Below, in pieces: positions 1 to 10,512 of a stretch of DNA of 32,000 nt (the first letter of the stretch is position 1; each line of letters opens with the position of its first letter). A program made the translations under genes and the position numbers. Below the pieces are notes generated by a model. That model saw only the letters and a program-made list of their open reading frames with translations. It ran no database searches and was not told where the DNA came from. The DNA is from Candidatus Nitrosopumilus koreensis AR1 (GTDB lineage Archaea; Thermoproteota; Nitrososphaeria; Nitrososphaerales; Nitrosopumilaceae), in contig NC_018655.1 in assembly GCF_000299365.1 (NCBI RefSeq), positions 510,001-542,000 of the forward strand. The letters run 5' to 3'.

Positions 1-655
1 TTTGTGTCATGCTAAGTTTTGATTTTAATGAGCCTACAACAGCACTTGCTGCTTCGATTATTCCTGCTGAACTTTTGTTATTACCTTGAATGAATTCTTT
101 TTCTTTTGGCGTAAGGATACTGGTATCTTGAAATTGATCTTTTTTATCAAGTTCTTCTTTTGCATTGTACAACCGTGAATTTGCTTCGTCTAGTTCTTTT
201 TCTGCATCGATTTGCTGTTTTCTAATTTGCAATAATGTTGATTGTTCTGTTGCAATTTTCACTTTAGTTTCTTCATATTCTTTTGTAATTTTTTCTAACT
301 CTTGTTTTATCTTTGATAGATTCTCTTGTGTTTTTCCAAACTCTTTAAATGATTTTGAATCTTTAATTTCCTCTGATTTTTTTATCTTTTCCTTAATTTC
401 TTTGTGTTCACGAATAACTATGTCTAATTCCATTTTTTTCTGATTGAGTTCTTTTTTTACTAACATCAAACTACTTACTGATGTTTCGTATTCCTCTTTG
501 ACTGATTCTACTTTTTTTTGAATATTGTCTAATTCTTCTTGTTTTGTTCTAAATTCTTTTTGTAGATTTTCTACCTCTGCCTCTAATTCTTCTTTTAGAA
601 CATACTCGTCACTGTTTTCTGATACCGTATCCTCTTTTTTACTAAAAAATTTCAT
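1..655 (-). CDS. coiled-coil protein, partial (C-terminus outside window)
   Basis: Open minus-strand frame from ATG at 655 (MKFFSKKEDTVSENSDEYVLKEELEAEVENLQKEF...) to the window edge. Glu/Lys-rich heptad-like composition. The + ORF 165..443 is its antisense shadow. Confidence 0.75.
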   Translation of the reverse strand, partial: MKFFSKKEDTVSENSDEYVLKEELEAEVENLQKEFRTKQEELDNIQKKVESVKEEYETSVSSLMLVKKELNQKKMELDIVIREHKEIKEKIKKSEEIKDSKSFKEFGKTQENLSKIKQELEKITKEYEETKVKIATEQSTLLQIRKQQIDAEKELDEANSRLYNAKEELDKKDQFQDTSILTPKEKEFIQGNNKSSAGIIEAASAVVGSLKSKLSMTQ

Positions 656-694
656 TTCATATCTCCACGTTTTCTCTAAAAGATGAATCTTTCT

Positions 695-895
695 TTATTG
701 TTGTTTTGTTCTATGTCTCAAAAATTTGAGGTAAAATCCCAGTCCGCCAATTGCTAGACCTGCTATCCATGTTACTATGCTCAAACTTTTTGGAACTATT
801 GCTTCTTGTGGGCCTATAATTAACAATAATGCACCTAAAATGATCAAAGCAAATCCTCCACTGTTTTTTGATTTGTTGTGCTCAGAATGAACCAT
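695..895 (-). CDS. small membrane protein, two predicted TM segments
   Basis: 66 aa: SGGFALIILGALLLIIGPQEAIVPKSLSIVTWIAGLAIGGLGFYL; closely follows lysS on the same strand. Confidence 0.65.
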   Translation of the reverse strand: MVHSEHNKSKNSGGFALIILGALLLIIGPQEAIVPKSLSIVTWIAGLAIGGLGFYLKFLRHRTKQQ

Positions 896-898
896 TTT

Positions 899-2488
899 CT
901 ATGTGTACTCTGATAGTTTCTTTGCTACTTGCTTTCTTCCTATATCTGAAATGAAAGGTCCAATTTTGGGTCCTCTGGATGTTCCTAGGATAATCTGATA
1001 CAATATTTTAAAGAAATCTTTTGGTTGGACATCATTTGCTTTTGCAATTTGATAAATTGTATTTTGAATATCTTCAGGTTCTTCATCTGCTCCAAGTGTA
1101 TCTGCTAGAATTTTTAATGCTTTTTTTGCAGTTTCATCTAAATCAATTTGAGTTTTTTCTTGCTCATCAAATTCATCTGAATAGTTTCCTGCAAGTTCAA
1201 TGAGTTTCTCGATTTCTGGTTCAGGATTTTTTATTACTCCATAATCAAGTAATTTTTTCATCACTCTTTCATTTCTGTTTTCTTTGAATATTTTTGCTAA
1301 TTCAATTAACAGTCTGTAATTTACATGTGTACTTGCTTGTTTTGGTGGATTTAGAAGATTAACATATTCGTAAAGTCCTTTTGATTTTACAAGTTTTGCT
1401 TTGTTGTCTATTTTGACTCTTCCAAAGTTTATGTCTTCTAGTTCATTGTATTCATTCATTAATGATGGTATGTCTTCTAATCCTAATTCTCGAGCTCCTG
1501 TAATTCTCTTGTAAAGTAATAACAAAATTGATTTTGGGCTTCCAAATTCTAACCATCTTTGTGCAGTCAATACGTTTCCTAATGATTTTGAAATCTTTTT
1601 TCCTCCTTTGTCTAGGAACATTTCATATTTCACGTGATGAGGATGTGGGAAATCTAAAATTTCATCAGCTACCCAATCATTTACTTTAACCGAATCCATG
1701 ATGTCTTTTCCATATGCTTCAAATCTAATATCAAATGCTGCCCATCTTGCAGCAAATTCCACTTTCCATGCTAATTTCCCAAGGTCTTTTGCAATGTCTG
1801 CTTCTCCTTCGTGGCCACAGCCTTTGATCATTTTTGAGCCTATTTCTGCGTCATGACATCTGTACTTGACTTTTTTTTCATCTATGATGTATTCTGTTGC
1901 TTCTGCAGTATAGAGGCGATTACAGTTTGCACATACTGGAAAATATGGCAAGTATTTTTGATATTTTTCTTGTCCTACTAGTTCTGAAATTTTTTCACCA
2001 ATTTTTGTGCTGTTTTGTAAAATGGTGTGGATGTTGTCTTTTAGTACTCCTTGTTTGTATGTGTCAATTGCTCTTCTAAATTCATATTTTATCCCGACTT
2101 TCTCTAGTCCGTCTAAAAGGATACTGCTCATATGCATGCCGTACGAATCATGACATCCGTATGGATCTGGAATAAGTGATACTGGTTTTGCTAAATGTTC
2201 TTCTAAACCGAATTCCTGCATTCCTTCTGGAATTTTTCGTAACCCGTCAAGATCATCTGAATAAGCAATCAACTCTGATTTATAACCTAAATTCTCTAAT
2301 GCTAATTTGACTCCATATGCTCTAACTGCATCTCCTAAACTTCCAATGTGTGGAATTCCTGATGCCCCTAATCCACTTTCTACTTTGAGAAGATCCAAAT
2401 TCCTTCCAAGTGATTTTTCACGTTCAAGTAATTCTGAAGCTAGTTTGTCAATCCAAGTTCCCTTTCCAATAATTTCTTGCTCTGACAT
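899..2488 (-). CDS. lysS: lysyl-tRNA synthetase, class I
   Basis: 529 aa. Class I signatures: HIGS-like SGIPHIGSLGD and KISKSLGN (KMSKS-like); zinc-binding Cys cluster CANCNRLY. Confidence 0.93.
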   Translation of the reverse strand: MSEQEIIGKGTWIDKLASELLEREKSLGRNLDLLKVESGLGASGIPHIGSLGDAVRAYGVKLALENLGYKSELIAYSDDLDGLRKIPEGMQEFGLEEHLAKPVSLIPDPYGCHDSYGMHMSSILLDGLEKVGIKYEFRRAIDTYKQGVLKDNIHTILQNSTKIGEKISELVGQEKYQKYLPYFPVCANCNRLYTAEATEYIIDEKKVKYRCHDAEIGSKMIKGCGHEGEADIAKDLGKLAWKVEFAARWAAFDIRFEAYGKDIMDSVKVNDWVADEILDFPHPHHVKYEMFLDKGGKKISKSLGNVLTAQRWLEFGSPKSILLLLYKRITGARELGLEDIPSLMNEYNELEDINFGRVKIDNKAKLVKSKGLYEYVNLLNPPKQASTHVNYRLLIELAKIFKENRNERVMKKLLDYGVIKNPEPEIEKLIELAGNYSDEFDEQEKTQIDLDETAKKALKILADTLGADEEPEDIQNTIYQIAKANDVQPKDFFKILYQIILGTSRGPKIGPFISDIGRKQVAKKLSEYT

Positions 2489-2497
2489 ATCTTCTCA

Positions 2498-4081
2498 CTA
2501 GTTCAATGTTTTGGACATGTATGGCCCATATAACGAATACCCTAATTTTTGATAATACTCTCTTGTGCCAACTGCGCTAATTACAAGTAATTTCTTTACA
2601 TCAAATTCTTCTTTTGAAATTTTTTCTGCTTCTTTCATTAGGTTTTTTCCTAGACCTGAGTGCTGTATCTCACTTTTTTCTTTTTCACCAATCTTTAGTG
2701 ATTTGCCATATACATGAAGTTCTCTGACAATACAAGAGTCTGTCCCAACTTCGTCTCTGTGTGCTTCTTTACTTGGTTTTCTTAATCTCAAAAATCCATA
2801 AATTGATTCATTTTTGTCTTCATAAGATAAGAATACTTCTTTGCCACCTGAAGAGTCATAATCAATTCTGTTTAATTTGATGTCTTTTGGTTCTGATTTT
2901 TTGTTTAATCCTGCCTCTCTACACCTGATACATTTGCATTTTATTCCCTGTTTTGCTAAATTTTGATGTACAATCTGTCTTAGATTACCTGATTTTGGTC
3001 CTGCAATAATCTCATTGGGAGAAATTTCTCTTTGAACCCTCATGATTCTGATCCATTTTGGAACATTTTTCTTAACTTCTGTTAGAACGTTGATCATATC
3101 TTCGTCTGAATATGGCACATATTTTCCATCTTTGTATTCTTTGTACATCGGAGTGTTTTCAATGACTAGTGATGGGTAAATTTTTAGCATGTCTGGACGT
3201 AACTGCGGGTCTGAAAACAATTTCTTAAAATCTTCAATATCTTCTTTTGGGGTAACTGTTGGTAATCCTGGCATCATATGTGCAACAATTTTGTACCCTG
3301 CATCTTTTGAAATTTGAAATGATTCTGTTACGTCGTTATAATTATGTCCTCTGTTAACTATGTCGTAAACTCTTTCTTGTAGGGATTGAACTCCGATCTC
3401 TATTCTTGTTATCCCATAATTTAACATCCAGTCAACATGTTCTTTCTTACAAAAATCTGGTTTTGTTTCAATTGTAAATCCCACATTTCTTATTGATGCG
3501 TGTTCGTTGTTTGATTTTGCTTCTTGCAAATTTTTTGAATCTATTCCATTTAATGCATCATAACATGATTTGATAAAATTTTCTTGATAGTCTTTTGGCA
3601 TGAAAAGAAATGTTCCTCCAACAATTACGATTTCCATTTTTGATGGGTCATGACCAAACGCAATTAATTTATCAATTTTTGTTGTGATTTGTAATTTCGG
3701 GTCATATTCGTTTTCTATTGCGTTTAGTGTAGATGGTTCATTTCCTGTATAGCTGTTTGGAGAATTAAATTCCATTCCTCCAGGACAATATGTGCATCTT
3801 CCATGTGGACATGCATATGGTTTTGGCATTAATGCTACTACTGCAACACCCGATGCAGTTTTTGCAGGTTTTTTAAGTAAAATTTTTCTGAGTTTGTTAA
3901 ATTCTGATTCTTTTGCCATTGAAAGTATCTCGTGATTTCGTGGGATTCTTTCTAGTGAATATTTGGCACATATTTTCTTGATTTCTTCTTTGACTTGTTT
4001 TTTATTGGGATCGTCAATTATTAGCAAATTTTGAGTGATTTCGCTGCATGCCTTAGAAAATATTGAATCTAACTTACTCAT
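2498..4081 (-). CDS. elp3: tRNA uridine-34 modification radical SAM/GNAT enzyme, Elp3 family
   Basis: 527 aa. PYACPHGRCTYCPGG radical SAM motif, EIVIVGGTFLFMP, C-terminal GNAT-like HVYGKSLKIGEKEKSEIQHSGLGKNLMKEAE. Confidence 0.93.
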   Translation of the reverse strand: MSKLDSIFSKACSEITQNLLIIDDPNKKQVKEEIKKICAKYSLERIPRNHEILSMAKESEFNKLRKILLKKPAKTASGVAVVALMPKPYACPHGRCTYCPGGMEFNSPNSYTGNEPSTLNAIENEYDPKLQITTKIDKLIAFGHDPSKMEIVIVGGTFLFMPKDYQENFIKSCYDALNGIDSKNLQEAKSNNEHASIRNVGFTIETKPDFCKKEHVDWMLNYGITRIEIGVQSLQERVYDIVNRGHNYNDVTESFQISKDAGYKIVAHMMPGLPTVTPKEDIEDFKKLFSDPQLRPDMLKIYPSLVIENTPMYKEYKDGKYVPYSDEDMINVLTEVKKNVPKWIRIMRVQREISPNEIIAGPKSGNLRQIVHQNLAKQGIKCKCIRCREAGLNKKSEPKDIKLNRIDYDSSGGKEVFLSYEDKNESIYGFLRLRKPSKEAHRDEVGTDSCIVRELHVYGKSLKIGEKEKSEIQHSGLGKNLMKEAEKISKEEFDVKKLLVISAVGTREYYQKLGYSLYGPYMSKTLN

Positions 4082-4112
4082 GGATACTCACATTAAATTG
4101 GACATAAATTCG

Positions 4113-4301
4113 TTAAATAATTTGGCAAATTTTGAGGCTATCGTCGTCTAGTGTTTCTTTTTGTTTTTGATATTTTCTCTTCATGGATTTTTTTGTGATT
4201 CTTTTTTTGATGTTTTTTAATTCATTTAGTTCTTCTTGAATTCTTTTGATCTCTGCAATCATATCTTCTTTGAATGATTGACTGTTTGCATCTACTGACA
4301 T
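4113..4301 (-). CDS. small coiled-coil hypothetical protein
   Basis: 62 aa charged ORF, same strand as neighbours. Confidence 0.45.
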   Translation of the reverse strand: MSVDANSQSFKEDMIAEIKRIQEELNELKNIKKRITKKSMKRKYQKQKETLDDDSLKICQII

Positions 4302-4346
4302 GTGTTGACTACCAAAAATTTTTGTAGGATTTAAGACTTGCTAGAA

Positions 4347-5597
4347 TTATTCAGGTTTTTGTTCTATTCCTTGTTCTGATTCACTGTTTCCACTTTTTTG
4401 CTCTTTCCTGTATTCCATCTTCAACCATATTGGTGTAATTATTGTAGTTACTGCAACCATAATTACAATTGTAGAGTATACCTCTGATGTCAAAACTCCT
4501 GCAGTTACCCCTACTCCTGCAACAATCAATCCTACCTCTCCTCTTGAAATCATTCCAATTCCTACTCGCATTCCTTGAGCTTTACTTTTCAAGAATAACA
4601 TTGCTGGTAATCCACATCCGAACAACTTTGTTACTATTGCAACTGCTATGATCACACCACTCAACATCAAAATATTCAAATCCACTGCACGAAGATCTAC
4701 TTGGGCTCCTATTATTGCAAAGAATAATGGTGCAAAAATCAATCCTATCTTTCCAATATAATTTTCTACTTTTTCAAACACCTTTGTTGTAGATAATGCC
4801 ATGCCTACTGCAAATGCTCCTACAATTGGTGATAACCCAATAGAGCCTGCAAGTGCTGCTGCTCCAAAGAATGATGCTGTTGCAATTCCTTCCACACTTC
4901 CCTTCGCTTTCCATAATCTTGGGGTGATGATTTTTGGTATTATAACAACTGCTACTATGAGCATAATTGCAAAGAACCCTAACACTTGCAAAATTGTTAT
5001 TGTTACTTCTGTAATGTCTATGCTCTCAATTCCAGCATCTGAGCCTGTAATTGATATTACAACTGATAATACTGCAATTGCTAAAATATCATCTACTACT
5101 GCCGCTCCGATGATCAACCTAGCTTCTGGAGCTTTTAGTTTTCCGAATTCACTAAGCACTTGAATGGAAATTGCAATACTTGTAGCTGTAAGTGCCGTCG
5201 CAATTAACATTGATTCTAATGCCTCAAACCCAAACATTTGAAAAATTACAAGTCCTGCAAAAAATGGAACTACCACACCTAACGTTCCTACTGTAAATGA
5301 TGCTTTACCTCCTTTGAGAAACTCTTTAGGTGTCATTTCCAATCCTGCCATAAATAAAATTACAATTGCTCCCATTTCGCCTAGAATTTTTATCTCATCG
5401 TTGATGTGTAACAATTGTCTTCCGTCTAGGATAAAAAATTGGCCTAAAGCAAATGGGCCTACGATCATACCTGCTAATAATTCGCCTAACACAATTGGAA
5501 GTTTTAGTCTCAAAAAAAGTTCTGCCATTAATTTGGCTGCAAAAAGCAGTATTCCAACTCCTATGATTGTTTCAATAAAATGTGCTTCAGCTGCCAT
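4347..5597 (-). CDS. cation:proton antiporter (CPA2/KefB-type membrane domain)
   Basis: 416 aa, ~12 TM; LPIVLGELLAGMIVGPFALG, ALTATSIAISIQVL, GAAVVDDILAIAVLSVV, SPIVGAFAVGMALS. Confidence 0.88.
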   Translation of the reverse strand: MAAEAHFIETIIGVGILLFAAKLMAELFLRLKLPIVLGELLAGMIVGPFALGQFFILDGRQLLHINDEIKILGEMGAIVILFMAGLEMTPKEFLKGGKASFTVGTLGVVVPFFAGLVIFQMFGFEALESMLIATALTATSIAISIQVLSEFGKLKAPEARLIIGAAVVDDILAIAVLSVVISITGSDAGIESIDITEVTITILQVLGFFAIMLIVAVVIIPKIITPRLWKAKGSVEGIATASFFGAAALAGSIGLSPIVGAFAVGMALSTTKVFEKVENYIGKIGLIFAPLFFAIIGAQVDLRAVDLNILMLSGVIIAVAIVTKLFGCGLPAMLFLKSKAQGMRVGIGMISRGEVGLIVAGVGVTAGVLTSEVYSTIVIMVAVTTIITPIWLKMEYRKEQKSGNSESEQGIEQKPE

Positions 5598-5699
5598 CTT
5601 CCCTAATATTTCTGAAGAAATGTGTAATATAAGGCGATACCGGGTCGAAAATTATTTTGCTATTGTAAAATTAAGCAATTTCAAAAAACATCATAATTT

Positions 5700-6056
5700 C
5701 TATATGTTTTTCAGTCTGTCTAATAAAATATCAAAATTAATTGGTTTTCTCATCCATGCTTTTACTCCGCGTTGCATTAAATTAGTTAATTTTGTACTTG
5801 ACATTTCAGATGCTGTTATGATCAAAACCTTTGTCGTGTTGATCAGACCTTCTTTTTCCAAAGCATCTATTACGTTTAATCCACTAAATTCTGGCATTGC
5901 AATATCTAAAAGCACTACATCAAATGTGCCTGTCTTTATCATTTCTATCCCTTTATGGCCATTATTTGCTGTGATGACTTCATGACCTGCAGCTGTTAGA
6001 TGTACTGAGATCAAATCCAATATGTCTTCAGTGTCGTCAATTACTAGAATTTTCAA
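5700..6056 (-). CDS. response regulator (single receiver domain)
   Basis: 118 aa; ILVIDDTEDILDLI, VVLLDIAMPEFSG, LIITAS, KPINFD. TTG start overlaps the kinase TGA stop (TTGA). Confidence 0.9.
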   Translation of the reverse strand: MKILVIDDTEDILDLISVHLTAAGHEVITANNGHKGIEMIKTGTFDVVLLDIAMPEFSGLNVIDALEKEGLINTTKVLIITASEMSSTKLTNLMQRGVKAWMRKPINFDILLDRLKNI

Positions 6057-7773
6057 GATGTCTTATCTCCTGCATCTTTTGGAACTGTGAAGTAAAAAAT
6101 TGTTCCTTTTCCTAGTTCGCTTTCACACCAAATTTGACCGCCCATCTTTTTTATTATTCCTTCACAAATGGATAATCCTAATCCTGTACCTCCATGTTTT
6201 CTAATGTTTGAGGAATCTATTTGATAGAATTTCTTGAATAGGTTTTTTTGGTTTTCTTTTGATATTCCCACTCCGTTATCTTTTACTGAAAACATAACAA
6301 ATTCTCCTGTTTGCTCTGCATCTAGTTCTACAATGCCTGTATCATTTGGAATAAAGTCTAATGCATTGTTGATCATATTGTTGAACACTTGTTCTAATCT
6401 GTGTGCATCCCCATTAATCACAATACGTTGATTACAATTGTTTTGTAATTTCACATTTTTTTTATTAAATTCGTGTTCAAAATTTTGACATATTGTTTCA
6501 ATTAATTCTTTAACATCAAATGGAGTGTTGTTCATTTCCATTCTGTCTATCTCTAATTTTTGAACATCTAACAAGTCTCCAATCAATTTGTTTAATTTTA
6601 CTGCATTTGAATAAATCGCATTTACTGCTTTTTTCTGTTTTTCTGTAATTTCTCCTACAATCTTTGGATTTGTCAATGCTTCAGCCCATCCTGTAATTGG
6701 TGTTAATGGGGTCTTGAGTTCGTGAGCTATTGTGGATAAAAATTCTGTTTTCTGTTTTTCTATTTCTTTTAGTTTGTCAATCTGCTCTTGTTTTGCTGTG
6801 AAATTTGCAAATAATCTGATTACATAAAACAACAGAAAACTCATAGCGACTCCTATGATGGGTATGAGAAATAACGCCAATTGTTCTATTCCTTCATGTG
6901 GAGGCTGCATGCCTTCATATACAAAAATCCAATCTCTGTTGTTTTCTGCAAGTGTCACTTTTTTAAAAAAACATCATCATGTACATCATGTGGGACCACA
7001 TCATAGGAATCAAAAAACAAACTATCTTCTGATATTATATTGTCATAAATTTCCATGTGTATGTATTCAAATGATTCTAAACCAAAAATACCTTCAACAA
7101 AATCATTCATTCTAAATACTGCATATACCATCCCTTCCAAATTATCTGATGTTTGTGGTTGACCATTAGTATAAACTGGAACTAACATTAAAAATCCATT
7201 TTGAATATCGTCATCGATTTCTTGTACTAGAATAATTTTTCCAGTTACTGTTGTCTCTCCTGTTTCCTTGACTGTATTTACTGCCTCTGCTCTTGTTTCT
7301 TGAAAATAGATATCATATCCCATTGCTTCTTTGTTTCTGATGTCTTGTGGTTCTAGGAATATTATGGGATAATATTCGTCTCTGATTCCGTCAGGATGTA
7401 CTGTAAAATCTGTTACTCCATAATTCTTCATTTCATTAATCAATTCATCACGTTCATCATTAGTGATGTGGTGTATGTATCCGATACCCTGAATTCCTGG
7501 ATATCTTTCATTGATATTTTGTATTTGGACATAATCTGACCATTCGTCATATTCAACTTTTTCTGATGCAGCAAAAAGTCCTTTGGCACCAACCAATACT
7601 TGCTCATATTGTGATAATCTGTCTGAAACAGAATCTGTCATAAATTGAACCTCTGAATCAAATTTTATGTTCTGTATGTTTGATTCTGAATACAAAAATC
7701 CTATCCATATGATTCCTGTCAAAACTAGAGATGTGCCAAGTATTGCCCATGGCAATTTATTCAAATGTTGCAT
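6053..7773 (-). CDS. CHASE-domain sensor histidine kinase, interrupted by a -1 frame change at 6957-6970 (ORFs 6955..7773 and 6053..6958)
   Basis: N-terminal ORF: TM + CHASE-like extracytoplasmic domain (EQVLVGAKGLFAASEKVEYDEWSDYV...). C-terminal ORF: TM, HisKA (EFLSTIAHELKTPLTPITGWAEAL), HATPase_c (DNGVGISKENQKNLFKKFYQ, GTGLGLSICEGI). They join as ...DDVFLKK|VTLAENNRDWIFVYEG.... Confidence 0.85.
6958..6970 (-). other. tandem -1 slippery heptamers (U UUU UUA, A AAA AAG) before UGA stop
   Basis: Minus strand in frame of the upstream ORF: GTT TTT TTA AAA AAG TGA. Confidence 0.5.
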
Positions 7774-7861
7774 TGTGTTGAGATTTTTTTTGTAGTATTT
7801 GTGTTTATTATATGAAAATCACTTTTGTATCTAGGTGTGCTGTTTTAGAATTAATTTGTGC

Positions 7862-8884
7862 TCATGCAATTTTTGTAGAGTTTACAAACACACCTTTTTT
7901 AGAAATTATTCTTCCAATCTCTTGGCTTGTTATCTTGTATTTTTTGAATATTGATTTGATTCTTGTGGCTTGCTCTTTTGGTGCGATTACACAAAATCCT
8001 ACTCCCATGTTAAACGTCTTGTACATCTCTTCTGATTTTACCCCTTGTTCTTCTATGAGTCTCATGATTGGTGGGATTTTTGGTAAACTGTCTATTTCAT
8101 AGCCTATTTTTTTAAGGCGTAATAATTTGGTAAATGAACCCCCTGTGATGTGTGCCAAACCATTGATTTTACATTTTTGTACCATTTCTAAAACTGGTTT
8201 TGTATAGATCTCTGTTGGTTTTAGCAATACATCTCCTATGGTTCCAACTCCTTTTATTTTATCTTTGACTGAATATTTTTTTAACAATGCTTTTCTTGCA
8301 AGTGAATATCCGTTTGAATGAATCCCTGTACTGTTTGCACCAATTATAACGTCTCCTGATTTTATTTTGTTTCCAAGAACCATCTCTTTTTTCTCTACTA
8401 ATCCCACGACCATTCCAGCCAAATCAAATGCAAATCCTTTCCCTTCAATAACATCTGGCATAATTGCTGTCTCTCCTCCTACAATTGGCATTGCAGATTT
8501 CTTTGCACCTTTCACTAATCCCTCTACAATTTTTTTGAAAATCATTACATCATTTTTGTTTGCAGCAATATAATCCACAAATGATATTGGTGTTGCACCG
8601 ATACATATTATGTCATTCACATTCATCGCAATACAATCAATTCCTATTGTGTTGTATTTTTTCATCATGTTTGCAATTACCACTTTGGTTCCGACACCGT
8701 CTGTGTGTGTGGCTAAAAGTTTTCCACCTGGGATTTCCACAATTCCCGCATAATGCCCAAAACCATGTGCTATCTTTGCTTTTTTCTGCAGCTTGTGAGT
8801 AGATGAAATTAGTTTTCCAATTGCCAATTGACTTTGTTTAATTTTAGAAATGTCTACACCTGCTTTTTTATAGGTTAGAACCAT
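7862..8884 (-). CDS. purM: phosphoribosylformylglycinamidine cyclo-ligase
   Basis: 340 aa; MVLTYKKAGVDI, HTDGVGTKVVIA, IGIDCIAMNVNDIICIGATPISFVDYIA, GGETAIMPDV, ITGGSF. Confidence 0.94.
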   Translation of the reverse strand: MVLTYKKAGVDISKIKQSQLAIGKLISSTHKLQKKAKIAHGFGHYAGIVEIPGGKLLATHTDGVGTKVVIANMMKKYNTIGIDCIAMNVNDIICIGATPISFVDYIAANKNDVMIFKKIVEGLVKGAKKSAMPIVGGETAIMPDVIEGKGFAFDLAGMVVGLVEKKEMVLGNKIKSGDVIIGANSTGIHSNGYSLARKALLKKYSVKDKIKGVGTIGDVLLKPTEIYTKPVLEMVQKCKINGLAHITGGSFTKLLRLKKIGYEIDSLPKIPPIMRLIEEQGVKSEEMYKTFNMGVGFCVIAPKEQATRIKSIFKKYKITSQEIGRIISKKGVFVNSTKIA

Positions 8885-8932
8885 GATTTGTTGCCCTTTG
8901 GATATGAATAAAAGAATTTGCCTATCATTCGA

Positions 8933-9658
8933 TCACATGTACATGCCAGATGTCTCTTCTCTATGTTCTACGTATTTTTGTGATAACTCACTAAATTCTG
9001 AATGTATTCTATCTTTTTCTTCTTGTAGGTCTTTTGTATCAATATTCATATCGTAAAATCTGTTTAATGCTTCAATTAATGTAGATGCTGCCGCCGAATC
9101 AGGCGCAATTTTATTTGCTTTTGCCAAAAGTGTTATCCCTTGAATTTCTCTTACTAGACATTCGTTTAGAATCCCACCTGGGATTCCTGTGATGAATCCT
9201 TGCGGAATCATACTGATATCTTTGTCTGCCATGGTTCTGACCAAATCTTCTTCTGCCGCACAATATGCTTTATTATCATGTTCGACTCCTGCAACTCCAT
9301 CTAAAATTACAATCTCTTTTGATCCTTTTTCTGCTGCCCAATCTAAAATCGACGATACCAACGAATACAGTCCTTCCATTCTTAATGTGATTTCACAAAT
9401 TATTGCACAAATTGTTCCTTTTTTGTTTGCATAGAATCTAAATGGATGACGTAATCTTCCTCTCATAAACACAGTTGATGGTGGAAGGTATTTTGATCTC
9501 ATTACTCCAATTTCTTCCATTTCTAATTTTTGAATAATATGATTGATTGCAACAGGGCCAACAAGACCTGCTCCAACAAACCCTGCAAATATCACAGGAC
9601 TTTTCAATTCAACCTTTTTTGTCTCAAAGACCTCGGCTTCAGGAAATTCTTTTGGCAC
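8933..9658 (-). CDS. PAC2 (proteasome assembly chaperone-like) family protein
   Basis: 241 aa; SPVIFAGFVGAGLVGPVAINHIIQKLEMEEIGVMRSKYLPPSTVFMRGRLRHPFRFYA, GILNECL. Confidence 0.8.
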   Translation of the reverse strand: MPKEFPEAEVFETKKVELKSPVIFAGFVGAGLVGPVAINHIIQKLEMEEIGVMRSKYLPPSTVFMRGRLRHPFRFYANKKGTICAIICEITLRMEGLYSLVSSILDWAAEKGSKEIVILDGVAGVEHDNKAYCAAEEDLVRTMADKDISMIPQGFITGIPGGILNECLVREIQGITLLAKANKIAPDSAAASTLIEALNRFYDMNIDTKDLQEEKDRIHSEFSELSQKYVEHREETSGMYM

Positions 9659-9896
9659 TGTTTACGTCGATTTGTTCTGTCTAATTACTTTTGTCAAATT
9701 ATGTTTGAACTTTCATGGCGTCTCAGACACAAAGTTTGGTAATGCCTGATTTAGATTTACCTTGAACATTTATCTTGAATACATAAAAATTGGTTCACAA
9801 TATATGATCCTCATTGATTATTGGTTTATTCCATTTTGGAATACCTAATACTCAATATTTTCCGTAGATTCTATATGAAAAAATTGCTTAATACCA

Positions 9897-10463
9897 TTGA
9901 TGGTATCTCCTCTATTGGTCTTGTTGATGATTGTTGCTTCTGCAATTATAGTTGTGAGTCATTCTACAGAATATGTTATTGCAAGTTCAATTGTTTGTAG
10001 TGGGGATAATACTATTCAATGGAATGAAAATTTACAAACAAAAGTTTGTGTTGTGGGTGATGATCCAACAACATTCACTTTAGATTGTTTCTCCATTTGT
10101 GAAAATGATGCTAGGAAAAATCCTTTCTGGAACAACTGGGTTCCTGCAGAACACTATGAGGTTAAACTAATGCCTGCAATTGATCAGAGGATGGAAAATG
10201 ACAAAATAACATTTCATGGATACACACGTACTCATTATCTATTTGATGATATTATGAAACATGAAGAAAATAGAGCGGATTTGATATATTCAAATTTTAA
10301 TAATCCTGACTTTTCCAAACAAGATAATTATGTATCTATGGAACCTAATTCATATGTATCCAGATCCCAAGATCCATTATTGCAGAAGGAATTAAAGATA
10401 CAAGACGACAAAGCAAAAATTTTACTGGAACATTTACTGTCTCTTAGAAATACAAGATATTGA
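9897..10463 (+). CDS. membrane-anchored or exported hypothetical protein
   Basis: 188 aa ORF; hydrophobic N-terminus (VSPLLVLLMIVASAIIVVSHS) then four Cys in ~55 aa. ATG alternative start at 9900. Confidence 0.55.
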   Translation: MMVSPLLVLLMIVASAIIVVSHSTEYVIASSIVCSGDNTIQWNENLQTKVCVVGDDPTTFTLDCFSICENDARKNPFWNNWVPAEHYEVKLMPAIDQRMENDKITFHGYTRTHYLFDDIMKHEENRADLIYSNFNNPDFSKQDNYVSMEPNSYVSRSQDPLLQKELKIQDDKAKILLEHLLSLRNTRY

Positions 10464-10512
10464 ATTTTTCAAACTCTGTATTCCATAATTAACTGTAGGG
10501 TTTGAAATAATT

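Noticed and set aside
165-443. + strand 92-aa ORF
   Set aside because: Antisense to the coiled-coil CDS; low-complexity Ser/Phe-rich translation typical of shadow ORFs.
4801-5163. + strand 120-aa ORF
   Set aside because: Exact antisense of conserved antiporter helices.
5314-5985. + strand 223-aa ORF spanning the antiporter and response regulator genes
   Set aside because: Antisense to two well-supported genes and crosses their intergenic gap; composition is shadow-like.
6920-6960. Downstream stimulatory hairpin for the kinase frameshift
   Set aside because: Only a weak AGGC/GCCT 4-bp stem is visible ~35 nt away; no convincing stem-loop or pseudoknot at the usual 5-9 nt spacing, which weakens the recoding hypothesis.
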